Assembly: GCA_964628585.1 (NCBI GenBank)
Contig: CAZVMH010000002.1
Location: 33,751-97,750, forward strand
From: an uncultured Candidatus Saccharibacteria bacterium
Lineage (GTDB): Bacteria > Patescibacteriota > UBA1384 > XYA2-FULL-43-10 > 1-14-0-10-43-13
DNA length: 64,000 nt
Direction of reading: 5' to 3'
A program made the translations under genes and the position numbers. Under the pieces are notes generated by a model, which worked only from the letters and a program-made list of their open reading frames with translations, was not told where the DNA came from and did no database searches. Below are positions 38,077 through 47,698 of this stretch, in pieces. Numbering within the stretch: position 1 is the first letter of the stretch; each line of letters begins with the position of its first letter.

Positions 38077-39918
38077 ATGAAAAGCATAAAAATAAAACTT
38101 GGCAAAAGCTTAACCCTCAATAAATTGAAAGAAAATTTATTGGGTTTAGAGTATGAAAAAGTAAGCAACCTTGAAAAATCAGGACAGTTTTCTAGTATTG
38201 GCGGAAATGTTCTAGTATATCCTGTAAACGAATTAGATCCGATTAAAATTGAATATTTTGGAGATGAAATTGATAATATTTATTCTTATGATTTAGAAAC
38301 CGGCAAAAGACTTAAGAATTTAAAAAGCTTTGAATTATCTCAAAATTTTATAATACTATCGAATGGAGAAAAAGTTATTCCGGAAAATTTTGTGGTACAT
38401 GAAGATCACGGTATAGGCAGATTGTCTGGATTGATGACAAGAAAAGTAGGTGGAGAAAATCAAATATATATTGTTTTGCATTATTTAAATGAAGATAAGC
38501 TTTTTGTCCCGTTAGAATTGATTGAGAAAATATCACCTTATATTGGGGTAGGCAGAAAGTCACCACGATTAAACAAACTTGGAAGTGAAACTTGGAAAAA
38601 GACCTACAAAAAAACATATGAAAATATCATAATCCTAGCGAAAGAGCTTTTAAGTATCTATGCAAAAAGAGAAATAGCTAGTAGAAAACCATGGCAAATT
38701 AGCAAAGATTGGAACGTGGAAGCTATTAAAACCTTTGGATATAGAGATACTTTAGACCAAGAGAAAGCTATCAAAGAAGTATTTTCTGATTTGCAAAAAA
38801 ATATTCCGATGGACAGGTTGATTTGTGGCGATGTCGGCTTTGGTAAAACCGAGGTAGCAATAAGGGGAGCTGTCCAGGCAGTCTTCAACGGTTTTCAAGT
38901 TGCAATTCTTGTCCCTACCACAATTTTGGCGGAGCAACACTTTGTTACTTTACAAAAACGATTCGAAAAGCTGCCGATCAAGATTGCACATGTAAGTCGG
39001 CTAGTCAAAAAGAAGGATCAGGATGAAATATTGGAAGGCTTAAAAAACGGTACGGTTGATGTTGTTGTTTCGACTCACAAGATATTTCATCGGAGTATGG
39101 AGATATCAAACCTGGGGCTTCTTGTGATTGATGAAGAACAGAAATTTGGTGTTAAAGATAAGGAAAAGCTTAAAAAACTTAAAACAGCGCTCAACGTTTT
39201 ATCGCTAACCGCTACACCAATTCCAAGGACGCTTTTTATGGCCCTTTCCGGTATCCGTGATTTGTCACAAATTAATACTGCTCCAGCTGGGCGCAGAGAA
39301 ATTGCAACTGAAATTGATAAATTTGATATAGAAAAAGTCAAAAAGTATATTGACAGAGAAATTAAACGGAATGGGCAGGTTTATTATTTGCATAATGAAG
39401 TGAGCACCATAGGTGGAGTTAAAAACAAATTATCCAAACTATATCCAAAATTAAGAATTGAGGTTGCTCACGGGCAAATGGGAGAAATGGCTCTTCCAAA
39501 AATAATGAGTCAATTCGCTGAAGGCGAGATCGATATATTGGTTTGCTCTACTATTATAGAGAACGGTTTAGATATATCAAACGTTAATACCCTGATTGTA
39601 GAAGATGCTGATAGGTTCGGACTTTCTTCCCTTTATCAAATTCGTGGACGCATAGGACGATCTCCAAAACAGTCGTATGCGCTTTTCACTTATAAAAACA
39701 AAACAATTACTACCAATGCCCACAAAAGACTAAAAGCACTTTTAGATAATAGCGAACTTGGGTCTGGATACAACATTGCTCTTTCAGATCTAGAAATTCG
39801 TGGAGGTGGCAATATTCTCGGTCGAGAGCAACATGGCAATATGGAAGCGATTGGGCTGGTGCTATACACAAAACTTCTTAACCAAGCAGTTATGAAATTA
39901 AACAAAAAATCGGTATAA
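38077..39918 (+). CDS. mfd: Short transcription-repair coupling factor (Mfd-like): RNAP-interacting CarD/TRCF domain plus SF2 translocase with TRG motif; lacks the UvrB-homology N-terminal modules and C-terminal D7
   Basis: 'VVHEDHGIGRLSGL' (CarD_TRCF); helicase motifs 'GDVGFGKTEVA', 'VIDEEQKFG', 'LTATPIPRT', 'QIRGRIGRS'; TRG 'DLEIRGGGNILGREQHG'. Extended -10 TGATATAAT at 38056-38064. Confidence 0.75.
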   Translation: MKSIKIKLGKSLTLNKLKENLLGLEYEKVSNLEKSGQFSSIGGNVLVYPVNELDPIKIEYFGDEIDNIYSYDLETGKRLKNLKSFELSQNFIILSNGEKVIPENFVVHEDHGIGRLSGLMTRKVGGENQIYIVLHYLNEDKLFVPLELIEKISPYIGVGRKSPRLNKLGSETWKKTYKKTYENIIILAKELLSIYAKREIASRKPWQISKDWNVEAIKTFGYRDTLDQEKAIKEVFSDLQKNIPMDRLICGDVGFGKTEVAIRGAVQAVFNGFQVAILVPTTILAEQHFVTLQKRFEKLPIKIAHVSRLVKKKDQDEILEGLKNGTVDVVVSTHKIFHRSMEISNLGLLVIDEEQKFGVKDKEKLKKLKTALNVLSLTATPIPRTLFMALSGIRDLSQINTAPAGRREIATEIDKFDIEKVKKYIDREIKRNGQVYYLHNEVSTIGGVKNKLSKLYPKLRIEVAHGQMGEMALPKIMSQFAEGEIDILVCSTIIENGLDISNVNTLIVEDADRFGLSSLYQIRGRIGRSPKQSYALFTYKNKTITTNAHKRLKALLDNSELGSGYNIALSDLEIRGGGNILGREQHGNMEAIGLVLYTKLLNQAVMKLNKKSV

Positions 39919-39925
39919 TGTTTTT

Positions 39926-41005
39926 GTGCAGACAAATTATTTACTTCCATTTGTGGCGCATGAGAAAATTGGCAGCCAGACCTTAAAAAAGGCGCTGGCT
40001 CCTTTTGAAGATGATGCAGAAAAGCTTTGGCGGGTAAGTAATAAAGAGATATCGCAAAAACTGGATCAGAAAATTGCGAAACTAATTATCGAGGCAAAAG
40101 ATAAATATAACCCAGATGAAGAACTGGAAAAACTTAAAAAGTATGATGTCGGCTACATAACATTAAATGACAGGGAATATCCGCCGTTATTGAAAGAGAT
40201 TCACGATTATCCGGTCGTTCTTTTTATTCGGGGCAATATTAAATCTTTAAAAATGCCAGCGCTGGCCATAGTTGGAAGTCGTAAATTTTCTAATTATGGT
40301 CAGAAAGTGGCTTACAATTTATCAAGGGCATGCGCTGAAGCTGGGATAGCAATTATCTCCGGCTTAGCATTGGGAATTGATGCGTCTGCTCACAGAGCGG
40401 CGCTGGATGCAGATGGCATTACTATCGGCGTATTGGGTTGCGGATTAGATAGGGTTTATCCGGTCAGCAATTTTCAATTGGGGAAAGAAATGATCGAAAA
40501 GGGCGGAGCAATCGTTTCAGAATTTCCGATTGGAACACCACCGATGAAGTACAACTTTCCAGCCCGCAATCGCATCATAGCAGGACTTTCAGCTGGTACA
40601 CTTGTAGTTGAGGCGGCAGAACAGTCTGGGGCCTTAATTACAGCTTATCAAGCGCTGGAATACAACAGAGAGGTCTTTGCAGTGCCTGGAAACATCGATT
40701 CAATACAATCGGCCGGAACCAACAAATTAATTCAAAACGGAGCGAAGATGGTACTATCGCCCGAAGACATCTTTGCGGAACTAAATATCGAGGTGAAAAA
40801 ATCGGAAACGAAAGCCAAAGAAATGTTTCCAGAATCAGAAGATGAGAAAAAGGTTGTGGTAACACTCTCGTCTGGAAAAAAATTGGTTGATGAGATAATT
40901 GCCGAAACCGGACTTAATGTAATTGCTATTAACACATCCCTAACAACTTTAGAGATGAAAGGTGTAGTTGAAAATTTAGGTGGAGGTAGATTCAAGCTTT
41001 GTTGA
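39926..41005 (+). CDS. dprA: DNA processing protein DprA (Smf)
   Basis: Rossmann core 'LAIVGSRKFSNYGQKVAYNLSRACAEAGIAIISGLALGIDASAHRAAL'; GTG start. Confidence 0.85.
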   Translation: MQTNYLLPFVAHEKIGSQTLKKALAPFEDDAEKLWRVSNKEISQKLDQKIAKLIIEAKDKYNPDEELEKLKKYDVGYITLNDREYPPLLKEIHDYPVVLFIRGNIKSLKMPALAIVGSRKFSNYGQKVAYNLSRACAEAGIAIISGLALGIDASAHRAALDADGITIGVLGCGLDRVYPVSNFQLGKEMIEKGGAIVSEFPIGTPPMKYNFPARNRIIAGLSAGTLVVEAAEQSGALITAYQALEYNREVFAVPGNIDSIQSAGTNKLIQNGAKMVLSPEDIFAELNIEVKKSETKAKEMFPESEDEKKVVVTLSSGKKLVDEIIAETGLNVIAINTSLTTLEMKGVVENLGGGRFKLC

Positions 41006-41083
41006 AATTTTATAATTTTGATTTATGATATAGTATCTGATAAATTCTTAAGTGTTTACTTAAAACAAAAAATTGGAGGAGAA

Positions 41084-43276
41084 ATGAATCTAGTAATTGT
41101 AGAGTCACCAGCTAAGGCAAAGACGATCGAAAAGTATTTGGGCAAAGACTACAAAGTTTTGGCTTCTTTTGGTCATGTCAGAGATTTACCACAAAAAGAA
41201 CTAGGCATTGATGTTAAAAATGATTTTGAACCGGATTATATTATTCCTCCAAAAGCAAAGAAAATAATTAGCGAACTGGCTAGGCTCGAAAAAAGCTCTG
41301 ATGCTCTTTATCTGGCAACTGACTTGGATCGAGAAGGTGAAGCGATTGCTTGGCATTTAATTAAAGCCCTCAAACTAAAAGACAATGATCCAAAAATCAA
41401 ACGAATAGTTTTTCACGAGATAACTAAAAGTGCAATTGAGAATGCGGTTAAACACTCAAGGGGTATCGACAAAGATTTGGTAGATGCGCAGCAAGCTCGT
41501 CGAATTTTGGACAGATTGGTTGGCTATAAGCTTTCTCCTCTTTTGTGGAGAAAGGTAAAATCTGGTCTTTCAGCTGGACGAGTCCAATCAGTGGCGGTGC
41601 GACTTGTGGTTGATAGAGAAGAGGAAATCCGCAAATTTAAATCCGATGAATATTGGATTTTGGGTGCAAATTTGTCAAAAAAGTCGGAGGAAAGTACTTT
41701 CGCATCTTATTTGATTGAATATGATGGCAAGCCGATCAAGAAGCTCGATATTAAAAATAAAAAAGAAGCAGGGAAAATTTCAAATAGTTTAGAGAACGCA
41801 AAATATCTAGTTCTGGACATACAAAAGGAACAATTACTTCGTAGTGCTTCGGCTCCTTTTACTACTTCAACAATGCAGATGGAGGCTTCAAGAAAGCTTG
41901 GTTTCTCAGCCAAGCAAACAATGATGCTGGCCCAAAAACTTTATGAAGCAGGACATATTACCTATATGAGAACTGACTCAATAAACTTGGCTCAAGAAGC
42001 TCAAAGAGCAATTGGTGAAATAATTGTAAAAGAATTTGGTCAAAAATATTTACCTGAGGTTGCAAAGGTCTACAAAACTAAAACAAAGAGAGCACAGGAA
42101 GCTCATGAAGCAATTCGACCAACAGATTTTTCAAAAAAAGAAGTAGCAGATGATCCTAGAGAACAGAAATTATATGAATTAATCTGGAAAAGAACGGTAG
42201 CCTCACTAATGAAAGATGCAATTTTTGACTCTACTTCTGTAACTATTGAAGCAAAAAGTGATAAGAATTCAAAGCTTTTTGCAAAAGGAGAAAAGATATT
42301 TTTTGATGGTTTTATCCGAGTATATATTGAAAGTAAAGATGATGAAACAGAGGAAGAACAGAATCCAATACCAAACTTGATGGCAGGAGAAATATTAGAT
42401 TTTCACGAATTAATTTCGGAACAAAAATTCACCGAACCACCAAAAAGGTACACCGAAGCTATGTTGGTTAAAAAATTGGAAAGTTTAGGGATCGGTCGGC
42501 CATCAACCTATGCTCCAACTCTTTCAACAATACAGGACAGGGGATATGTTGAGTTGGTTGAAAAGAAATTTGTTCCAACAGAAATTGCCGAAATTGTAAA
42601 CAAGGTTTTAGTTGAAAATTTTGCTGAAGTCGTTGATTATCAATTTACAGCAAAGATGGAAGATGATTTAGATGATGTGGCTGAGGGGAAGAAAGAGTGG
42701 GTACCTGTTATTCGAGAATTCTACGAACCGTTTGCTAAGAACTTGACTGAAAAGGGGAAGGAACTTGAGAAAAAAGATATAATTCAACCAAAAGAATTAA
42801 AGGAAAAATGTCCAGAGTGTAAAAAACCCTTAATGGAACGACTTGGTAGATATGGAAAATTTATTGCTTGTTCTGGATATCCAGAATGCAAATATTCTCG
42901 GCCTCTGGATGACGGCAAGAAGATGATGGAAGCAAATGAAGATGGTAAACCAACCGAAGTTGACGAGAAAGAGAAATGTGAAAAATGCGGTGGAAAAATG
43001 GTGTTAAAAGAGGGTCGGTTTGGTAGATTTTTTGCTTGTGAAAATTATCCAAAATGTAAATTTACCAAAACAATAATTACTTCTTCTGGCATTAAGTGTC
43101 CTGAATGTGGCGAGGGAGAGTTAATTGAAAAAAGAACAAAAAAAGGTAGAATGTTTTGGGGCTGTTCTCGCTATCCTGGATGTAAATATGCTTCTTGGAC
43201 AGATCCTAAAAAACCAAAAGAAGAAGATACGGGAGAACAAATAGAAAATCAGACTAGTGATACAGACGAAAAATAG
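41084..43276 (+). CDS. topA: DNA topoisomerase I with three C-terminal Zn ribbons
   Basis: Toprim 'MNLVIVESPAKAKTIEKYLG'; active-site Tyr region 'GHITYMRTDS'; CPECKK, CEKCGG and CPECGEG zinc fingers; ATG 41084 with a GGAGGAG RBS. Confidence 0.9.
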   Translation: MNLVIVESPAKAKTIEKYLGKDYKVLASFGHVRDLPQKELGIDVKNDFEPDYIIPPKAKKIISELARLEKSSDALYLATDLDREGEAIAWHLIKALKLKDNDPKIKRIVFHEITKSAIENAVKHSRGIDKDLVDAQQARRILDRLVGYKLSPLLWRKVKSGLSAGRVQSVAVRLVVDREEEIRKFKSDEYWILGANLSKKSEESTFASYLIEYDGKPIKKLDIKNKKEAGKISNSLENAKYLVLDIQKEQLLRSASAPFTTSTMQMEASRKLGFSAKQTMMLAQKLYEAGHITYMRTDSINLAQEAQRAIGEIIVKEFGQKYLPEVAKVYKTKTKRAQEAHEAIRPTDFSKKEVADDPREQKLYELIWKRTVASLMKDAIFDSTSVTIEAKSDKNSKLFAKGEKIFFDGFIRVYIESKDDETEEEQNPIPNLMAGEILDFHELISEQKFTEPPKRYTEAMLVKKLESLGIGRPSTYAPTLSTIQDRGYVELVEKKFVPTEIAEIVNKVLVENFAEVVDYQFTAKMEDDLDDVAEGKKEWVPVIREFYEPFAKNLTEKGKELEKKDIIQPKELKEKCPECKKPLMERLGRYGKFIACSGYPECKYSRPLDDGKKMMEANEDGKPTEVDEKEKCEKCGGKMVLKEGRFGRFFACENYPKCKFTKTIITSSGIKCPECGEGELIEKRTKKGRMFWGCSRYPGCKYASWTDPKKPKEEDTGEQIENQTSDTDEK

Positions 43277-43293
43277 GTAAATATTATTTATTA

Positions 43294-43896
43294 TTGATGC
43301 TACCCAAATCCATACAAAACTTGATTGACGAGTTATCAAAACTGCCAGGTGTAGGTCCAAAAACGGCAGCCAGACTTACTTTTTATCTGCTTTCCAAACC
43401 TCAATATGATATTGATAATATTGGAAAAGCATTTTTAGAATTAAACAATAATATTAAAAAATGTAAAAATTGTTTCAACATTACTGATAAAGAAGTTTGT
43501 TTTGTGTGTGAAAACGAAAAAAGAAATCAGTCGTTGGTTGCGGTTGTAGAAGAACCACTTGATGTTATAGCACTAGAAAAATCTTACGGTTACGACGGAG
43601 TTTATCATGTTCTTGGAGGTTCAATTTCTCCAATTGAAGGCATTGGGCCTGAAAACTTAAGGATACAAGAACTAATTGACAGAATTATTAAAGGAGAAAT
43701 TGAAGAAATTATTTTAGCAACGAATCCCGATCTAGAAGGTGAAGCGACGGCAGCTTATATTAAAGAGAAAATTACGAATACTGGCAAGACAATAAGAGTT
43801 ACTAGAATTGCTCGGGGCTTACCAGTTGGAGGAGAGCTCGAATATGCTGACGAAGTCACTCTAAAGCGATCTATGGAGGGTAGAAGGGACTATTAA
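43294..43896 (+). CDS. recR: Recombination protein RecR
   Basis: HhH 'LPGVGPKTAARL', C4 zinc finger CKNC...CFVC, Toprim, Walker B-like. Confidence 0.9.
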   Translation: MMLPKSIQNLIDELSKLPGVGPKTAARLTFYLLSKPQYDIDNIGKAFLELNNNIKKCKNCFNITDKEVCFVCENEKRNQSLVAVVEEPLDVIALEKSYGYDGVYHVLGGSISPIEGIGPENLRIQELIDRIIKGEIEEIILATNPDLEGEATAAYIKEKITNTGKTIRVTRIARGLPVGGELEYADEVTLKRSMEGRRDY

Positions 43897-43994
43897 TTTC
43901 TTTAATATAATTATCATACAACTTCATATTATGATAAAAACATAGAGCTGGACAATATAAATAAATATTGGCAATAGACCGTGGATAAGTCGTC

Positions 43995-44022
43995 TTGACA
44001 GGAAGTGAATTTTGGTTATAAA
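43995..44022 (+). promoter_or_regulatory. Sigma70-like promoter TTGACA-16-TATAAA upstream of a small Zn-ribbon ORF
   Basis: Consensus -35 with an A/T-rich -10. Confidence 0.5.
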
Positions 44023-44079
44023 ATCCAGAGGATAAAACAAAAATAAATTTCGCTTAGGCGAAATAAAGAAGAGGGTACA

Positions 44080-44277
44080 ATGGCAGATGAGTTCATTTGC
44101 GAGGGATGTTCTTACTCTACACAAAGTTTTGAGGAAAAATGTCCTCTTTGCGGAGGAAGAGTAGTCAACATCGACGATGGTATAGATGACAGGGCCTTTG
44201 CAGAGAATTATCACGAAGATCCCGCACCACAAGACGATTTAGACCTAGATCTGGACGAAATGCCAAGAGCGGCCTAA
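44080..44277 (+). CDS. Small acidic zinc-ribbon protein (65 aa, CxxC...CxxC)
   Basis: 'CEGCSY...CPLCGG'; RBS AAGAAGAGGG; own promoter and terminator. Confidence 0.5.
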   Translation: MADEFICEGCSYSTQSFEEKCPLCGGRVVNIDDGIDDRAFAENYHEDPAPQDDLDLDLDEMPRAA

Positions 44278-44289
44278 ACATTCCAAAAC

Positions 44290-44319
44290 AAAAAAATCTC
44301 CTACCAAGGAGATTTTTTA
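44290..44319 (+). terminator. Rho-independent terminator (ATCTCC-loop-GGAGAT plus T6)
   Basis: Hairpin with a T-run after the small ORF. Confidence 0.75.
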
Positions 44320-44363
44320 GTACAGACCTTAATATTTTCAATATTTTCTGATATATTGCCCAT

Positions 44364-45443
44364 ATGAAAAACTTTTGGGAAAAGTTAAAAAAACCGTTTT
44401 TGATGCTTGCTCCAATGGCCAAGTACACCGACTCGGCCTTTCGCATGCTTTGCAAAGAATTTGGAGCAGATGTAACTATAACGGAGCTAATTAGTGCTGA
44501 CGCAATTACTTTCGGAAAATTTAAAGTGAACAAGTCAAAAAAGAAAACTATTGTATCAGGTGTTAAAAATCATAGTACTGCAGAATTATTAAGTTTTTAT
44601 GAGAATGAACGACCAATTGTTATTCAACTTTTTGGTAAAAATCCTGAAAATTTTGCTAAAGCGTCAAAGTGGGTATGGGAAAATTTAAGACCGGATGGAA
44701 TTGATATCAATATGGGCTGTCCAGCTAGAAAAGTAGTAGGAAGTGATCATGGCGCAGCATTATTAAAAAACCCGCTCCTTGCCTGTGAGATAATAAGAGC
44801 AGTAAAAAAGAATTGTGATTGCCCAGTATCGGTAAAAACACGGCTTGGTTGGGAAAACGATGACGAAATTTTGGCTTTTGTCCCTCTTCTACTTAGCGCC
44901 GGAATAAGCGCCGTCACTATTCATGGTCGAACATATAAAGACGGATTTAAGGGGATAGCACGTTGGGAGAATATTTATAAAGTTAAAGAAATAGTGGGAG
45001 ATAAATTGATCGTTGTTGGTAACGGTGACATTACATCAGCAAGTGATACCTTGCTACAAACTACCAGCTACCTGCCCGCAGTTGCTACAGCGTTGCAGGC
45101 GGGCAAACTACAGGCTAGTTTAGATGGGATTGCGGTTGGAAGAGCCACTTTTGGACACCCCTGGATTTTTGAGGAAATTAAAACAAAAAAAGCAATCAGC
45201 TATAAGCAATCAGCTATAAGCAAGATAATTCTGAAGCATGCAGAATTAGCACTTGAAACCAAAGGGGAACATGGTATTATTGAATTTAGGAAGCACCTAC
45301 TGGCGTATTTAAAAGGATTCCCTGAAGCAAAGTCACTTCGAGCAGAAGCCGTAAAAGTTGAAACTTTGGAAGAAATTGCAAAAATCGTGAGTAAATTGGG
45401 TGTGTCAGGGCGTACAATCCTTGACAAAAACATAAAAATGTGA
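44364..45443 (+). CDS. tRNA-dihydrouridine synthase (Dus family)
   Basis: 'LAPMAKYTDSAFRMLCKEFGADVTITELISA', FMN-binding TIM-barrel motifs 'GIDINMGCP', 'VSVKTRLGW'. Confidence 0.85.
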   Translation: MKNFWEKLKKPFLMLAPMAKYTDSAFRMLCKEFGADVTITELISADAITFGKFKVNKSKKKTIVSGVKNHSTAELLSFYENERPIVIQLFGKNPENFAKASKWVWENLRPDGIDINMGCPARKVVGSDHGAALLKNPLLACEIIRAVKKNCDCPVSVKTRLGWENDDEILAFVPLLLSAGISAVTIHGRTYKDGFKGIARWENIYKVKEIVGDKLIVVGNGDITSASDTLLQTTSYLPAVATALQAGKLQASLDGIAVGRATFGHPWIFEEIKTKKAISYKQSAISKIILKHAELALETKGEHGIIEFRKHLLAYLKGFPEAKSLRAEAVKVETLEEIAKIVSKLGVSGRTILDKNIKM

Positions 45444-45801
45444 TAGTATTGGGCAAGTAAATTGTATTTTAATAAGACGAGGAGTGGGATCCTTGTTTTT
45501 TTGTTTCCAATCTGGCTGGGAACTGGGGAAACTTAAGATTCTGGGCTTATAGGTTGGTTGGCATTGATGGCCCCTTAAAAAATGTGGGCCTGGCCTAACC
45601 AACTTCCACTATCCTACGCCTTTTTCCTGGCTGGGTTAGAAACTAAAAGTGGCAAAGGGCGAAAAACAGCAATTGAATTTGCAGTTTTTCGTCTCTTGCC
45701 AGAATCATTCTGGCAGAGTTGACATAGTAAACCCTCCTCACCGGAGGTTACATATGTGGCACATCCACAATTTAAGACAAAAAGAAAGTGAGGAACGAGA
45801 A

Positions 45802-46857
45802 GTGAAAAAGCTTCTAATCGTCTCTAGTATCAGTATCGTGATCCTGATGCTGGCGATCGTGCCAGTATCTGCCAACTCGATCGGCTGGGGGGCAAGTTTC
45901 CCCTTGGTCGGCGACCTGATCGGCGGACAGAGGACAACCGAGGTGCACGCCGGCATAACCTTGCCGGTGGCGACCTCGAGTTCGACTGACGGCCCCGACG
46001 AGGCAGTCTGGCAGGGGGGATACATTTCCTTGCCGAACAACACTACGGGCCTGTTCCCCGAGTTTCAATACCTGAAGACAACCCCGCTTATCATGGGGGT
46101 GGATCCGAAGGATCTCCGGGAGAACAGAGTGATCCTTTCTGGAGCGTGTCAGTACGACAAGAGCTCGGAAGAGATCACGATCAACACGGCAGGGATTCTG
46201 CCCGGCCAACACACGCTGGTCTATGAGCAGGATCAAAAAGCGAGCCGGAAGGACACAAGAGTCTTGATCTTCCGGTTTGCGAAGAGAATCGAGAAGACGG
46301 ATACGGCGGCGATGATCTTTACGGTCACGGAGCCGCAACCGTTCCTCGAAGACTACTGCCGTTTGACCGAGGGCAAGGGCTTTGCCGAAGCCTCGATCGA
46401 GTGCAAGCGACTTGCTCGGGTCCTCTACCTGGAGAAGGAAGCGGGTGCGTTTCGGCTGGTAAAGCCGGAGTTGCCCTATAACCTTCTCGTAGACGCATAT
46501 TGGCGGCAGGGGCAGAAGATGCCTCGAGTCGGCGATGTAGCGCCTGCACCGAAGGTGGAAGTACCCGTGCCCGCACCGGCGCCCGTGCCGAAAGTAGAGG
46601 TGCCTGTGCCCGCTCCTATTCCGGCGCCCGTCGCTCCCGTTTCGACCAGAGTAGAGTTCGCGCTCAACGTGATCAGCTCTGCTTCGGGAGCAGTCAGCGT
46701 GCAGATAGGCGATAAGGCCTACCAGGGCACGAGCATCCCGCTCTGTCTTGAGCCTGGCACTTATCAAGCGAAGGTCAAGATAGGAAGTCGTTCAACCGAT
46801 TGGGTCTCATTTAGGGTCAGCCCTAACATGGGCCCGGTCAACATCACGGCCAACTAA
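45802..46857 (+). CDS. Secreted protein with tandem Pro-rich (PAPAPVPKVEVPVPAP) repeats, encoded in the GC-rich island
   Basis: GTG start with a GAGGAACGAGAA RBS; signal peptide KKLLIVSSISIVILMLAIVPVSANS; ~60% GC codon usage unlike the flanks. The upstream in-frame extension to 45649 is less likely. Confidence 0.6.
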   Translation: MKKLLIVSSISIVILMLAIVPVSANSIGWGASFPLVGDLIGGQRTTEVHAGITLPVATSSSTDGPDEAVWQGGYISLPNNTTGLFPEFQYLKTTPLIMGVDPKDLRENRVILSGACQYDKSSEEITINTAGILPGQHTLVYEQDQKASRKDTRVLIFRFAKRIEKTDTAAMIFTVTEPQPFLEDYCRLTEGKGFAEASIECKRLARVLYLEKEAGAFRLVKPELPYNLLVDAYWRQGQKMPRVGDVAPAPKVEVPVPAPAPVPKVEVPVPAPIPAPVAPVSTRVEFALNVISSASGAVSVQIGDKAYQGTSIPLCLEPGTYQAKVKIGSRSTDWVSFRVSPNMGPVNITAN

Positions 46858-46871
46858 AGGAGGGACACACC

Positions 46872-47588
46872 GTGAGGAAGTTCTTGGTTGTAGCAATCCT
46901 GCTCTGCATCGTCTCATCGGTGATGGCAGAGGACTTCTCGGTCACGCTCCAGAAAGCGAAGCCGTGGCCGGGAAAGACCGTTTACGTTTCCGGAATGCAG
47001 TCTCGGACTGCGCCGGCGAACAGCCTGACCGCGGTCCAGTTCTGGACCAAGGGTTGGATCACCGGCACAAATGGTTTGCCGATGACCGTTTACGCTGTCC
47101 CACGGCAGCAGGAAAACGGCATATGGTGGGCGATCTGCCAGGTGTCTGCCTACTGCGGGAACCCGGCAAAAGGTGGCTGGCTCGAGCGCAAAGAGGAGCC
47201 GAAGCCCTTGACCGCAGCTGTCTCGCAGGTGGAAACGCGGGTAGAGACGCGTACAGAGATCAAACTGGTGGAAGTTGAGGTCGAGAGGCCCTGTCCACCA
47301 GCTCTGCTCCCACCGCCGATGGTTGGGGGGCGAGAGGTGTCTCCCGGGTACCCTATAATATATGGGACCCGAAGCGAGAGATGGGTGCCTCTTGCGGTGC
47401 CGTTCGTGTTTTCGTACGAACCGCCCAAGTACGAGCGGCACTGTCCGCCGCCCCCGCCACCGCCGACCTGCCCGCCCGGGGGGTCTCCACCCCCCGAGCA
47501 GAACCCGAGTGGGTGTAATGTTCTCCCCACCGACGGGGGGAGTAACACCCACGTACCTCCTGTTCCGCCGCCTCCTAGCTCACGCTAG
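46872..47588 (+). CDS. Secreted protein with a Pro-rich C-terminus (PPPPPPTCPPGGSPPPEQ...VPPVPPPP), GC-rich island
   Basis: RBS AAGGAGG; signal peptide FLVVAILLCIVSSVMA. Confidence 0.6.
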   Translation: MRKFLVVAILLCIVSSVMAEDFSVTLQKAKPWPGKTVYVSGMQSRTAPANSLTAVQFWTKGWITGTNGLPMTVYAVPRQQENGIWWAICQVSAYCGNPAKGGWLERKEEPKPLTAAVSQVETRVETRTEIKLVEVEVERPCPPALLPPPMVGGREVSPGYPIIYGTRSERWVPLAVPFVFSYEPPKYERHCPPPPPPPTCPPGGSPPPEQNPSGCNVLPTDGGSNTHVPPVPPPPSSR

Positions 47589-47604
47589 GCGGTGGCAAAG
47601 TACC

Positions 47605-47635
47605 GTCCCGCCCTTTCAACCAGAAAGGGCGGGAC
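47605..47635 (+). other. Strong GC hairpin (12-bp stem GTCCCGCCCTTT/AAAGGGCGGGAC) marking the right boundary of the GC-rich island; no U-tract
   Basis: Read directly. Confidence 0.6.
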
Positions 47636-47698
47636 TCCTCTAAGCTCACAAAGAGATTTGTGAACTTAGAAAGAGTAAAAATAAGTAATTAAGTATTA

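Noticed and set aside
43924-44232. 102-aa minus-strand ORF overlapping the small Zn-ribbon ORF
   Set aside because: AT-rich antisense frame; the plus-strand ORF has promoter, RBS and terminator
45738-47552. Long minus-strand ORFs (317, 212, 132, 101 aa) across the GC-rich island
   Set aside because: High GC suppresses stop codons; these have no RBS or signal features, whereas the plus-strand ORFs have SD sequences and signal peptides
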